From the NCBI GenBank assembly GCA_963519425.1, contig CAUQNY010000002.1, positions 2,347 to 66,346 on the forward strand: a stretch of DNA of 64,000 nucleotides, written 5' to 3'. Made by a program: the position numbers and the translations under genes. How positions within the stretch are numbered: position 1 is the stretch's first letter; each line of letters opens with the position of its first letter. The notes beneath the pieces were generated by a model. The model was not told the DNA's origin. It saw only the letters and a list, made by a program, of their open reading frames with translations, and searched no databases. Source of the stretch: an uncultured Capnocytophaga sp. (GTDB lineage Bacteria > Bacteroidota > Bacteroidia > Flavobacteriales > Flavobacteriaceae). Shown here one piece after another: positions 10,101 to 18,978 of the stretch.

Positions 10101-13100
10101 CCTTAAACTTACACAGCTTATCAATATTGAGAAAGACAAACAGATGAGAGTAGAGAAATACGGAGCTGAAAAGAATGTCAGCTGCGTGGATTCTCAAGAC
10201 GGTGCTGTACGTGTACGGGTGATAAACCCTGCTTCTACTCGTGTGATTTACTCAACGGGTACTACCTACACTACTGTCATCAGTTGGTCAGCTCCTGTTA
10301 CTTTAGATGCTCAAGGCGTCTTCACCGTTACAGGCTTGGCACCTACTCAAAATGGAGAATTGCAAGTGCAAGACGCTGACAATCCAAACTGTATTGTCTC
10401 TTTGAATTACAAGATAGAAGCTCCTGCTCCTATTGTACCTACCGTGGTACTGATGGAACGCGTAACTTGCTACAGTGGCGGCACAGCTAAGGTGAAAGTA
10501 TCGGCTACGGGTGGTACTTCAGGCTATCGCTACCAATATGGATTGGTGAGTGCTACTACCCTTAGTACTCCTACAGCACTGAACGTGAACCCTGTGGAAC
10601 TATCGGGTATTGCTCCAGGCACTTATAGCTTGGTAGTAACTGATGCTAATGGCTGTCAAGCTACTACTACTTTTAGCATTGCCGATAAGGCTACTCTTAC
10701 TGCTACGGCTGAGCCATCATCTTATTGCTATAGCACTTCTGATGAGAAGAAAGTGAAGATTAACATACAAAGTGGCAATGGCAATTACCGCGTACAGCGC
10801 ATAGGAGGCAACAGCTATACGTTCAACGCTTCTAATTTTGAATACCCAGATGCCCTACAAGCAGGTACTCATACCTTTGTGATAACCGATGGCTTTGGCT
10901 GTGTAGAGACTGTAACAGCACGCATCTACGAGCCTCTGAGCCTACAAGTTTCGCCTACCACTCAGCAGTACGCGAATTGCAAAGGTCAGCCTATTACCTA
11001 TATGCTTACTGCTGAAGGAGGTATTCCTACAATGGCCAAAGAGTTTAGCTATGCACTCAACGGGGATACAACTTTCCAAGTGATAGGAACCGCTAACAGC
11101 CAAATACCTTTTACAATTACCACTGATACTACTACGGGTATCCGTTTCAGAGTATCGTATAAACCCGATGGTAGCACTTGCAGTCGCGACCGTTACATCA
11201 CTTTGTTGAGTGATGCACCACGCTTCTTGCAAGCTACTTTCAGCACTACTGAAGCTACTTGTGGCTTGAACAACGGTACAGTGCATATTACGCCAGCAGA
11301 CTATTATGTGGGTACTGTATCGCACACTTTACAAGTGCGCAATGCGATGAATGTTCCTCAAACTACTCTTACGGCTCTCGCTCCAGGTGCCTATACAGCC
11401 TACCTGACCGACGACCGCGGATGTAGTGTGTCGAAAACATTCACTATTACTGCAGTGCCTCTGCTTACAGCTACAGCAAGTGTTACAAAACAGATAGGTT
11501 GTACTGCTGCTGCTGCTGATTTAGCTGCTATTACAGTGTATTTGGGTGCAGGAGGAAAAGCACCATTTAAGGTAGATTTAATCAATACCCTCACAACCCA
11601 AAGTGCTACCCAAAACTTGAGCACTAACAATATTTCAGGTGCCTTTACAGGTTTGGATTACGGTACTTACCAGATAACGATTACCGATGCCAACGGTTGT
11701 AAAACCCAACTTGCGCAGGTAATCAACCCGAATGCAAATGTTATCTCTATAACAATGCCACAACCTACTAGTTGTGCACCTACCAGCAGTGCTATCATCA
11801 CTAGTATCTCTTCTGGAGCTGTTAGTCTTACTACAAATGATTACTTTGCAGTGTATCGCCCAGGAATTCAGAATCCTACTGCGGGAAGTTTGGCGCAAGT
11901 AACTACTGCCAACCCTAATGGAGGTACTGATATTTGGTACAAAGGAACCCTTACCGCTACAGGTGTACAAGCTATTGTACCGAACCTAAAACCGGGTGTA
12001 CAATACAGTTTCATTGTGTTTAATGCTATTACAGGCTGCCGATTTATTCAGCAAGCTCCTACTAAGGTGCCTACAGCTTCTACGCTTACGGCTACCTTGC
12101 AAGTGAACAACGTAAGTTGTGCCGATAGCAATAACGATGGTACAGTGTCTTACACCTTAGCCTCACCTAATGGTTTGACTACTGCAATGAACTACCAAGT
12201 GTTCCGCGCAGATTCTCACCAACAAATAACAGGTGCAGTTATACCAGCTCCTTTCACTACACCAGGACTCATTAGTGGATTGGCAGCAGGTAAGTACTAT
12301 GTTACCTTTACCGAACTTATTGGAGGGGTAGCGAGCTGTGTTACTTCTGCCGACTTTGAAATCAAGCGTTCAGCAACTCCTTTGCAAGTGTCGCTTACTC
12401 CAAGCCAGAAAGCTACTTGTACCACCAATGGCCAGGCGTGGCTAAATATCAGTGGAGGAACAGCTACTTATACCTTTGGTTATGTAGTATCGGGTACTGC
12501 TATTGCAGCAGCTCAAATATCAGCTACTACAGAGGCTTCTCAGTACATCAGCTTGCCAGCGGGCAATTGGGATGTGTATGTACGCGACAACTTTGGTTGC
12601 GTGAAGTCGGCTACTGTAGCTATTGACCTCTTTGATGCTCCTAACTTAGTAAGTGCTACAACGCTTGCTTGTCAGGCTTACAACAATACCAATGGCAAGA
12701 TACCTGTACGCATCACTCTAAATAAGATAGGTCAAGGAAACCACTACTACACCTTGGACGGTAGTGCTGATACAGCAGTGAATTGGACAGTGGCTAACCA
12801 ATCGTTTGAGATAGAAGTAACTCCTTTGGTTACTCATACTGTTACAGTGAAAGACCTAAACGGTTGTGTGAGCACACTTACTTTCAGCACGACTGCTCTC
12901 ATCACTGCGACAGCTACTCTTACGAAGCTTAAATCGTGTGCTACTCCTACTGCCGAAATGACCGTACAAGTAAGCGGTGGAACAGGCGTGTACAGCTACA
13001 CCTTAGAGCGCTTAGACAATGGTGCTGTAGCAAGTGCAACCCTCGCTCAAGGAGCTGCTATTACAACCCCTGCAAGCCAAGTGATAGTCTTAGGAACACC

Positions 13101-16050
13101 TACCCTTACCTTGGCCGCTACTTACCGCATCAGTATTTACGATGCTGAAACTAAGGATTGTCCTATTGTGAGGGAAGTAACTGTACAAGATCCTGATCCT
13201 ATCAGTTTGAACGGTGCTGTAATACAAGGTTATAACGAGAAGTGCAACTTAGGTCTTACAGCTACGGGCACAGGACAGATAGATGTGGCAATGCCTATAG
13301 ATGCAGATACTTATACTTTCCGCATCGTTTCGGCTATCGATGTTACTACAGGCAACAACTTGATTGTTACCACTACACCTTCTTCAGCAGGTACTCATAC
13401 GGCTACTTTCAGTCAGCTACACGGTACTGTTCAAGGAGTGAAATACGAAATACAAATTACCAATAGTACAGGATGTACCGTTAGTATGTATGCAGTGCTT
13501 ACCTCTCCAGAACCTATCACGTTCGAGACAGGAATACTCACTGCTACTACCTACGCTTGCGAGGGAGGTGCTGCCTTGGCTAAACCAAAAGTAATTTTGG
13601 ATAAGAGCAAAATTAAAGGAGGTGTACCGCCTTACACTACCGAGTTCATTGACGGAGGTGGCAACCGCTTGGGCAATGGCACTCAGTACACTCTTACTGA
13701 CCTACAAGGAGGTACTTACTTTGTGGAAGTGAAAGACGCCTCAGGAGCTTGTGCTACTACTACTGCTAGCGTAACTATCGCACCTGCTTTTGAACTGACT
13801 ACCCTTAGTATTACTACGGTTACTTCAGCTACTTGTGCCGTAGACGAGGTAATAAAGATAGAAGTAGGCACTAGTCCTGCTTACCTACCTCGTACAGTGT
13901 TGCGTTATGTAGTTCAAGGAGTGGGCAACGGTATCGCTACTGTTACTACCCTATCGGCTACTAGCTTGACTCTTCCTTTAGTAGGATCGAAAGACCTAAA
14001 AGGAAGCAATTACACCATTGAAGTTATCAACCAACAAACAGGTTGTAGCCTAACAGGTGTACACAGTATCAAAGATGTCAATACCTTTGCAATAGAAGCC
14101 CACAACCCAGTGCGTGCCATCTGTTACAACGATTTAGGTAGCATCAATCTTACTCTTTCAGACCTTGACCTTTCTAACGGAGACCAAGCAGCAGCAGGCT
14201 TTACTTATACTGTTACAGCGGTAGGAGGTACCACCGCTACGAGCAGTACAGTAGCCGGCAGCACAGCAACGCTTACCTTAAAAGGTGGCTCGTATGATGT
14301 AGAAGCGGTTTCTAACGCTACCGGTTGCCAAATAGCTAAGTATCGCTTTGTTATTCCGTCTAACCCTGCTGAGATAGCTGTTATCAACGTATCTCAAAAG
14401 GTATCAGTAGACTGTAATAATCAAAATGGGGTAGCTGCCCTTACTATAACAGGAGGTCAGCAAACCTATACCGTGAAATTGACAGGGCCTACTACTAAAA
14501 TTGTAGAGAATGTCTTAGAAGGAGCTCCAGGTATTGAGGTAGCAGGATTAGATGCAGGTATTTACAACATTACTCTCAAAGATGCCTTAGGCTGTACCAC
14601 CGCTTCTGGAACCCTCAATGTAGTGATAGCACCTTACAATTCAGTGAATGTGGCAAGTGTAACTGTAGAAACTGTTTCTATCACTTGTATTGATGCTAAA
14701 GATGGCAAACTGAAAGTACAAAATGTAACAGGGGGTGCGAAACCTTATCACTATATTTTGGTGAGGACTTCGCCTACAGGCAGTCAGCTTCCTGAAATTG
14801 TAAGTGATGACAGTGCTGTTACTTTTGAAGGTATAGAACCAGGTACCTATCGTGTAGACATTTCAGATGCTAAGAACTGTTTGGTAACCCTCCCCGGTAG
14901 CTATGTGTTTGCAGATCCGCAACCTATCAGTGTAAATATAGACGAGGTAAACTCTAAGTTCTACACCTGCAACGGAGCTGAAAATGGCAAGATAACCCTC
15001 AGCAACTTGACAGGAGGAACAGGTACTTACACCATAGATATTGTCCGTGCCGATAACGGTCAGCGAGTGGTTACAACACATAGGGGTATCAATACAACTA
15101 CTGATGAGTTTACCAATATCCCTGCAACTCCTCTCAATACTCATTACGAGGTGCGCATCACCGATAGCAATGGTTGCGTAATGACTAAAACAGTTAGCTT
15201 TACCGTAGTAGAATTCCCTGATATTACTATCAATAGAATAGAACAAAAAGGTACTTGTGAGGCGCAAACCAATAATTTCAAAGACTATTTGGAAGTAGAG
15301 TTCCGCAATCCTGATATTGATTTCAGTAAATTGCACTACCGTCTCAATGGTACAGCTACGACCACAACCTTTGCGCGCACCGCAGGAAAGATAGGTTACA
15401 TAGATGAGTTTGATCGTACAACCGTAACTCAAACCCTTGTAGTGTACTACACTGTTACTTCTACACTGCCAGGCCATTCAGGAACTTGCGAGACAACAGA
15501 GTCTACACTTATAGAGCTCTACACCCCCTTGGTGCTCACTCAGGTATCGAATACAAATATCAATACTGTAGAAGTAATTGCCCGAGGTGGTAAAGTCAAT
15601 ACCTTAAGAGGTTACAGCTATTATTTCAACGGAGTAGCGCAAGCCGACAATCCGGTGTATAAGATTAGCTACAAAGACCCTGAGCGTATTGATAATGGTG
15701 TACGTATCAAAATTATAGATGTAATAGTAGAAGATGCCGAAGGATGTACTACTAGCCTTACTGTAGAGATGCCTTACTACGAGATAGAAGTGCCAAACTT
15801 CTTCACTCCTGATGGCGATGGCGAAAACGATGTATGGCGACCCAAGAATTTGGACAACAACGTAAATGCACGCATTTATGTATTCGACCGCTACGGTCGT
15901 CGTTTAGCCAACTTAAATCCAGGTGATGCTTGGGACGGTACCTACGATGGCAAGACAATGCCAGCAGGCGACTACTGGTACATCATAGAAATCAACGATG
16001 AATTGTACGACAAACGTCAGTTCTACGGAAACTTCACTTTGTATCGTTAA
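4132..16050 (+). CDS. Giant SprB-like surface adhesin, T9SS type-B (gliding-motility-associated) CTD cargo
   Basis: Signal peptide MKKFLTAILVLIFAATGYA|Q; HYR-like domain at ~6925-7160; many SprB-type repeats (GG..PY.Y / L..G.Y...V.D.nGC); C-terminal VPNFFTPDGDGEND.W...IYVFDRYG...WDG.....GDYWY...G.FTLYR. ATG 4132 is preferred over the track's TTG 4123. Confidence 0.92.
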   Translation: MKKFLTAILVLIFAATGYAQCIQVEITPIKGQCINDNHLKVVAREMPNYPEAICGKTKHRYLIEIQGPGKGGDIYPMVGYPAEYTFYNLEAAQNGEKVKYKIIVRDQDTGAYTEEEATVESNYVPMKIQNLQAIQPVSLCGGGVRDGGVRFQLIGGGVGPFEVTLYKMDGTLLAATQTFARPTNPYSDYIEFRDNAVQPNSQIIVQIKDKTNIGDQCGETRRWPSFQIPAARYRYTVDCINIKMYKREMYKSANNCSNYNMSFYLVRNDSNYLYSGLDNYCTELNDWFKQPGTAMVYFKNSSKAPIDISSTFNCSASYYSAAYVVPNYPFAKGDEIELVIKGPKNTIRERYRFDQQLDMPTGGCNTYIRGYNNSWGGRTYWRELTCGTQTQVVEPGYLSAYYSNYNTDRTANFPDVNTGEARYVSVYGFLNGYTNLTLQRKVGSSWVDEVGNNPTVDGATYRYVYKNKPSVGCQDIYSCDFIVSKPPHTTTGPLTIQNRPINKIWDDVRIGYGAYAGTGAFYISYSSSNFFTPLKFKVEPADGTKTVTYQGFIGIGKTVTRTITFPLESTSSGYTNLPTGNYLITVTDACGNTTTKQYFLPGTTYNPSLSFTRDCEIAKISYNIGRNVFNKPSNQLEYVYLQKEVEDQYGRKTWQEVKMANGYNYIRAHSGEFPNLLPGKYRIFTDLITSYRGYAYIKYNATDYTYYSLTDPTTPYLYYDYDNYAKEITIPDLKLINPTVNPVICDRGSNTGVIAVDVTGEEVFFPLTFKLYKKATATATTSTKIDEVTYAGTTPANTKYFHLFRGLTTGYYEIETIHRCRNVTKGVDINVEKAFEPYLVIDRPIPFCRGDQARVKLGLSEHIFDVSWFKLDDNGQPTTTAPIKTGSSFWEAIHTTTTYLAKYTIKPGIGCNNTTVYSQTATVVMPPADEPPFIKTPCPNDITVVVDVGQCSKMVRWREPEAFPSCKGAVTVTKTHNPGDMFPIGIHQVVYNFSDPNGNTRSCSFTVTVKSNAIKLNMSHRYTDHLGNTITQAGVNEQFYYELSYENVGSENISSATITLDLPKNSVLKINTSNTDLTQTGDGSWQNPYPIANYNSTTKQYQFLIGAMNYGKPYNSTLKLGDPKRVIRIPMIIEGNCTDILQSCANFLKTDVSIAFAGGPSSCPLSLQVVTGTTSMTVDTTHCNREEIFCGTDAVTFEAIGSFNTYQWFKDGVLLPGETNRTYTALAAGVYKVEKTTLCQGSTVKTVETINYQPMAPTADPIRAQAQNVGVTCPDNNTWTSHFYLCGENEKTIAVDFRNTPFEWQMWNGGCTDSNECRNTGDNCWSTLHSNHNLLVSNPGKYRLKLTSTGCNQSFYFEVFKGSLSGTLTDIQPESNFQRGSVRLRLSANGVSYNLKIYKDGNLLRTEIINTNNYVVDNLDAGDYRIEAFSPQINGCTFEGEVTITKVVDMTATAVFQGFKDCNTAKLHLRAQGGSPTYRYYIWTIDGEKQYTDEQTALAATNYKAIQLSSQPTGVAVEIPNITRIGEYVFLVGDSRTGAFALTNKITIAPPSPHNFTVSATQEIQCEGNPNTGHINMIFAPGSQNQNRTIKLYTLDENGARLASPRSSAGGLFTNLPAGTYEIEMQSNIAGNVCTFTKKPIVILPTQAPLRAYAGVVADRSCDTARNQYKVSVNNVSGGNPPYRYSFDGEATYVATNIGFVAGNTVVYVKDSKDCRVSIPIETEATPIPNITLSPVNYRCDNGYGLVTITVSATASQTYEYTIDDSNKQPLTGGAIQRLLSPGVHTLTVYYRPANAATTPNVLFTEDFGTATATECLPSANSGDMFCSPNNSVGDGQHILTKQAATKTGWQPTMPTDATGGRYMAVAGNGGNEVIYKKLLTGVLSKTAMEVSFDAASFFPAGSTAVPARLRVDLCKEDGTVLNSSVVGAVANGATWANFKASFAENQVTGFTDDKLLVRIVNIAATTYNNMGNDFGLDNLRIQQATQYCDLKLTQLINIEKDKQMRVEKYGAEKNVSCVDSQDGAVRVRVINPASTRVIYSTGTTYTTVISWSAPVTLDAQGVFTVTGLAPTQNGELQVQDADNPNCIVSLNYKIEAPAPIVPTVVLMERVTCYSGGTAKVKVSATGGTSGYRYQYGLVSATTLSTPTALNVNPVELSGIAPGTYSLVVTDANGCQATTTFSIADKATLTATAEPSSYCYSTSDEKKVKINIQSGNGNYRVQRIGGNSYTFNASNFEYPDALQAGTHTFVITDGFGCVETVTARIYEPLSLQVSPTTQQYANCKGQPITYMLTAEGGIPTMAKEFSYALNGDTTFQVIGTANSQIPFTITTDTTTGIRFRVSYKPDGSTCSRDRYITLLSDAPRFLQATFSTTEATCGLNNGTVHITPADYYVGTVSHTLQVRNAMNVPQTTLTALAPGAYTAYLTDDRGCSVSKTFTITAVPLLTATASVTKQIGCTAAAADLAAITVYLGAGGKAPFKVDLINTLTTQSATQNLSTNNISGAFTGLDYGTYQITITDANGCKTQLAQVINPNANVISITMPQPTSCAPTSSAIITSISSGAVSLTTNDYFAVYRPGIQNPTAGSLAQVTTANPNGGTDIWYKGTLTATGVQAIVPNLKPGVQYSFIVFNAITGCRFIQQAPTKVPTASTLTATLQVNNVSCADSNNDGTVSYTLASPNGLTTAMNYQVFRADSHQQITGAVIPAPFTTPGLISGLAAGKYYVTFTELIGGVASCVTSADFEIKRSATPLQVSLTPSQKATCTTNGQAWLNISGGTATYTFGYVVSGTAIAAAQISATTEASQYISLPAGNWDVYVRDNFGCVKSATVAIDLFDAPNLVSATTLACQAYNNTNGKIPVRITLNKIGQGNHYYTLDGSADTAVNWTVANQSFEIEVTPLVTHTVTVKDLNGCVSTLTFSTTALITATATLTKLKSCATPTAEMTVQVSGGTGVYSYTLERLDNGAVASATLAQGAAITTPASQVIVLGTPTLTLAATYRISIYDAETKDCPIVREVTVQDPDPISLNGAVIQGYNEKCNLGLTATGTGQIDVAMPIDADTYTFRIVSAIDVTTGNNLIVTTTPSSAGTHTATFSQLHGTVQGVKYEIQITNSTGCTVSMYAVLTSPEPITFETGILTATTYACEGGAALAKPKVILDKSKIKGGVPPYTTEFIDGGGNRLGNGTQYTLTDLQGGTYFVEVKDASGACATTTASVTIAPAFELTTLSITTVTSATCAVDEVIKIEVGTSPAYLPRTVLRYVVQGVGNGIATVTTLSATSLTLPLVGSKDLKGSNYTIEVINQQTGCSLTGVHSIKDVNTFAIEAHNPVRAICYNDLGSINLTLSDLDLSNGDQAAAGFTYTVTAVGGTTATSSTVAGSTATLTLKGGSYDVEAVSNATGCQIAKYRFVIPSNPAEIAVINVSQKVSVDCNNQNGVAALTITGGQQTYTVKLTGPTTKIVENVLEGAPGIEVAGLDAGIYNITLKDALGCTTASGTLNVVIAPYNSVNVASVTVETVSITCIDAKDGKLKVQNVTGGAKPYHYILVRTSPTGSQLPEIVSDDSAVTFEGIEPGTYRVDISDAKNCLVTLPGSYVFADPQPISVNIDEVNSKFYTCNGAENGKITLSNLTGGTGTYTIDIVRADNGQRVVTTHRGINTTTDEFTNIPATPLNTHYEVRITDSNGCVMTKTVSFTVVEFPDITINRIEQKGTCEAQTNNFKDYLEVEFRNPDIDFSKLHYRLNGTATTTTFARTAGKIGYIDEFDRTTVTQTLVVYYTVTSTLPGHSGTCETTESTLIELYTPLVLTQVSNTNINTVEVIARGGKVNTLRGYSYYFNGVAQADNPVYKISYKDPERIDNGVRIKIIDVIVEDAEGCTTSLTVEMPYYEIEVPNFFTPDGDGENDVWRPKNLDNNVNARIYVFDRYGRRLANLNPGDAWDGTYDGKTMPAGDYWYIIEINDELYDKRQFYGNFTLYR

Positions 16051-16068
16051 ACCTTAAAAATAATTATG

Positions 16069-16104
16069 AAAAAGAGCTGTTCAGCAATGAGCAGCTCTTT
16101 TTTT
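16069..16104 (+). terminator. Intrinsic terminator after the adhesin
   Basis: aaaaagagctgttca-gcaa-tgagcagctc followed by a T tract. Confidence 0.85.
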
Positions 16105-16410
16105 GCTTGCTGCTGAAAGATTAAGAGAGCTCTCTTAAAGAGGAAGTGGAGAGCAGACGTATTTTGGGTAAACGGTGAGTTTCTTTCAAATGCTATAAAA
16201 ATTAATGACTTATGTACAACCTACATTAAATTGTTGAAGTTTTTTTAATGAAACATAATCTTAGTTCTTTCCCCAATTTTTCTGCCTTTGTCCTATAGGT
16301 AGTGCCTCTTCTAGTTTTATAGTTTTTGGAGAGGAAAAACTCCTTTTTTGAATCAAACAAAATATTGAAAAAATATCGTATTTTTCTTTTTTTGTTTCGA
16401 AAAACTTCTG

Positions 16411-16418
16411 TACCTTTG
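16411..16418 (+). promoter_or_regulatory. -7 promoter element of the dcu-ansB-porin operon
   Basis: TACCTTTG about 70 bp before ATG 16488. Confidence 0.7.
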
Positions 16419-16487
16419 AGCCATCATTTAGTCGATAGGTATTAGAGTTGCTAATGCCTAATGCTAACATCTTATTACTAATAATCT

Positions 16488-17813
16488 ATGATTTACATTG
16501 AACTGTTAATAGTGCTCCTCGCTATTTTTGTAGGAGCCAGAGTAGGAGGTATCGGCTTGGGTATCTTCGGAATGATAGGCCTAGGCATATTAGTTTTTGG
16601 CTTTGGCCTCAAACCAGGTAATCCTCCTATTGATGTAATGCTCATCATTGTAGCAGTCATTACAGCAGCAGCTACTCTTCAGGCTGCAGGAGGCTTGGAC
16701 TACTTAGTAAAGGTAGCTGAGAAAATTCTTCGGAAGAACCCTTCTATGATTACTTTTTTGGCACCCGTAGTGTGCTACTTCTTCACTCTTTTCTCAGGCA
16801 CAGGCCATATAGCTTATTCTCTTTTGCCTATTATTTCAGAAATTGCTACCGATAGCAAAGTGCGTCCAGAAAGACCGCTTTCTATCTCGGTGATAGCCTC
16901 TCAACAGGCCATCACAGCTAGCCCTATTTCAGCGGCTACTGCAGCACTTCTCTCTGCTGAACTTTTAGGCGACAAAGGAATTACTTTGGGCAATATATTG
17001 ATGGTGTGTATCCCAGCTACCCTCGTAGGGGTGATAGTAGGCGCCTTGGCGGTAAGCTTTATGGGAGTACCTTTGGAGAAAGACCCTGAGTATTTGCGTC
17101 GTCTTGCTGAAGGACAAATAGAAAAAGACCACAATGCAGCTTCCCAAATGACGGGCAAAGACCTTCGAAATGCTAAAATCTCAGTGATTATCTTCTTAAT
17201 AGGAGTGCTTTCTATTGTCTTGTTTGGCTCTATTGATAGCCTGCGCCCTACGTTTGAAACCAATGGGGTAGTTACCAAACTCGGAATGACCCAAGTCATT
17301 GAGATAGTAATGATGTCTACAGCAGGCTTAATGCTTATCTTTGCTAAAACTGACATTTCTAAAGCTGTAAAAGGAAGTGTTTTCATAGCAGGGATGCAAG
17401 CCGTGATAGCTATCTTTGGGATTGCTTGGATGGGCGACACCTTTTTCAATGGCAACATTGAGTTTTTCAAGATGCACATTGAGCAGATAGTTACCCAGTA
17501 TCCCTTCCTTTTTGCAATCGCTCTTTTTGTGATGTCTATCTTCTTGTTCAGTCAGGCGGCAACGGTACGCACGCTCTACCCACTGGGGATTGCGTTGGGT
17601 ATTCACCCTATGGTGTTAGTAGCGATGTTCCCAGCTGTGAATGGTTACTTTTTCATTCCCAACTATCCTACTGTAGTAGCAGCTATCAACTTTGATAGGA
17701 CGGGTACAACCCGCATCGGTAAGTATGTTTTGAACCACTCGTTTCAAGTGCCGGGCTTTGTAGCTACTATTGTAGCGATTGCAACGGGCTACCTGATTAT
17801 TATGTTTATGTAA
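16488..17813 (+). CDS. dcuA: Anaerobic C4-dicarboxylate/aspartate transporter (DcuA/DcuB family)
   Basis: GARVGGIGLG, LQAAGGLD, GTGH...LLP, RPERP, ITASPISAA, FDRTGTTRIGKYVLNHSF. DcuA versus DcuB cannot be resolved by eye. Confidence 0.88.
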   Translation: MIYIELLIVLLAIFVGARVGGIGLGIFGMIGLGILVFGFGLKPGNPPIDVMLIIVAVITAAATLQAAGGLDYLVKVAEKILRKNPSMITFLAPVVCYFFTLFSGTGHIAYSLLPIISEIATDSKVRPERPLSISVIASQQAITASPISAATAALLSAELLGDKGITLGNILMVCIPATLVGVIVGALAVSFMGVPLEKDPEYLRRLAEGQIEKDHNAASQMTGKDLRNAKISVIIFLIGVLSIVLFGSIDSLRPTFETNGVVTKLGMTQVIEIVMMSTAGLMLIFAKTDISKAVKGSVFIAGMQAVIAIFGIAWMGDTFFNGNIEFFKMHIEQIVTQYPFLFAIALFVMSIFLFSQAATVRTLYPLGIALGIHPMVLVAMFPAVNGYFFIPNYPTVVAAINFDRTGTTRIGKYVLNHSFQVPGFVATIVAIATGYLIIMFM

Positions 17814-17842
17814 TAGGAACTTAACTTTAATTTAAAAACGAT

Positions 17843-18898
17843 ATGACTTTAATGAAAAAAATGGCCCTCTCATTGTTGTTAATGATGACTGTGGCAGTCT
17901 TTGCGCAACAAAAACCAAAGATTCGTATTTTAGCTACTGGTGGTACCATTGCCGGTGTTAGCAAATCAAGCACTGAATCTAACTACCAAGCAGGGCAGTT
18001 AGGAATTTACCAACTTTTAGATGCAGTGCCCGAAGTGAAAAACTTGGGTGACATCAGTGGTGAACAAATTGTAAAAATTGGTTCTCAGGATATGAATGAC
18101 GAGGTATGGCTTACTCTTGCCAAACGTATCAACCAGTTGTTGAACAAAGAAGGTTATGACGGTGTAGTTATCACTCACGGAACTGACACAATGGAAGAGA
18201 CCGCTTACTTCTTGAATCTCACTGTACACAGCAAGAAACCAGTAGTAATGGTAGGAGCTATGCGCCCTGCTACAGGAATGAGTGCCGATGGCCCTCTAAA
18301 CCTCTACAATGCTGTAGCTGTAGCAGCTGACAAAAACTCAATGGGACGCGGAGTGATGGTTTGTATGAACGACATTGTTTTGGATGCCAAAGATGTAATT
18401 AAAACTAACACTACGGCAGTAGAAACTTTTCAGGGAGCAAACTATGGCAAATTGGCCTACATACACAACGGGAAAGTTTTCTTTAATCGCACTCCAGAAA
18501 ACAGACACACTTATCAGTCAGTTTTTGAGGTAGATAATTTGAAAGAGTTGCCTAAGGTAGGTATTGTATACAGCTACTCGAATGTATCAGAGTTGCCAAT
18601 GAAAGCTTTTATAGATGCTAAGTTCGATGGTATTGTACACGCAGGGGTAGGTAATGGTAATTTCTATCACACTATTTTTGATTTGGCTGTGAAAGCACGC
18701 GAAGCAGGTATTCAAATAGTGCGTTCTTCTCGTGTTCCTACAGGAGCTACTACTCTTGATGCTGAAGTAGACGATGCTAAATATCAATTTGTGGCCTCTC
18801 AAACCCTCAATCCACAAAAAGCCCGTGTGCTACTGATGTTAGCTCTTACTAAAACTAAAGACTGGAAACAAATTCAGAAGTATTTTAATGAATATTAG
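17843..18898 (+). CDS. ansB: Periplasmic type II L-asparaginase
   Basis: Signal peptide ...VAVFA|Q, ATGGTIAG, HGTDTMEE, LNPQKAR. Confidence 0.95.
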   Translation: MTLMKKMALSLLLMMTVAVFAQQKPKIRILATGGTIAGVSKSSTESNYQAGQLGIYQLLDAVPEVKNLGDISGEQIVKIGSQDMNDEVWLTLAKRINQLLNKEGYDGVVITHGTDTMEETAYFLNLTVHSKKPVVMVGAMRPATGMSADGPLNLYNAVAVAADKNSMGRGVMVCMNDIVLDAKDVIKTNTTAVETFQGANYGKLAYIHNGKVFFNRTPENRHTYQSVFEVDNLKELPKVGIVYSYSNVSELPMKAFIDAKFDGIVHAGVGNGNFYHTIFDLAVKAREAGIQIVRSSRVPTGATTLDAEVDDAKYQFVASQTLNPQKARVLLMLALTKTKDWKQIQKYFNEY

Positions 18899-18903
18899 TC
18901 TAG

Positions 18904-18951
18904 TAAACATTACTTATGAGTCGCTTTCAAGCGACTCATAAGTAATGTTTA
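18904..18951. repeat. Perfect 23-bp inverted repeat between ansB and the porin gene
   Basis: taaacattacttatgagtcgctt-TC-aagcgactcataagtaatgttta, with no T tract directly after it on the + strand. Confidence 0.9.
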
Positions 18952-18978
18952 GGCTAAAAACTAACAACTAATTGCATT

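Noticed and set aside
9466..10197. 243-aa antisense ORF and other antisense ORFs within the adhesin
   Set aside because: Shadow frames of the coding strand with no protein-like motifs
4123..16050. Adhesin as a DGR target or shufflon
   Set aside because: No reverse transcriptase, template/variable repeat pair, silent cassettes or invertase seen in the window
3812..16279. 11-bp inverted pair AAATTGGGGAA / TTCCCCAATTT flanking the adhesin as mobile-element ends
   Set aside because: It does not extend, there is no target duplication or recombinase, and it is plausible by chance
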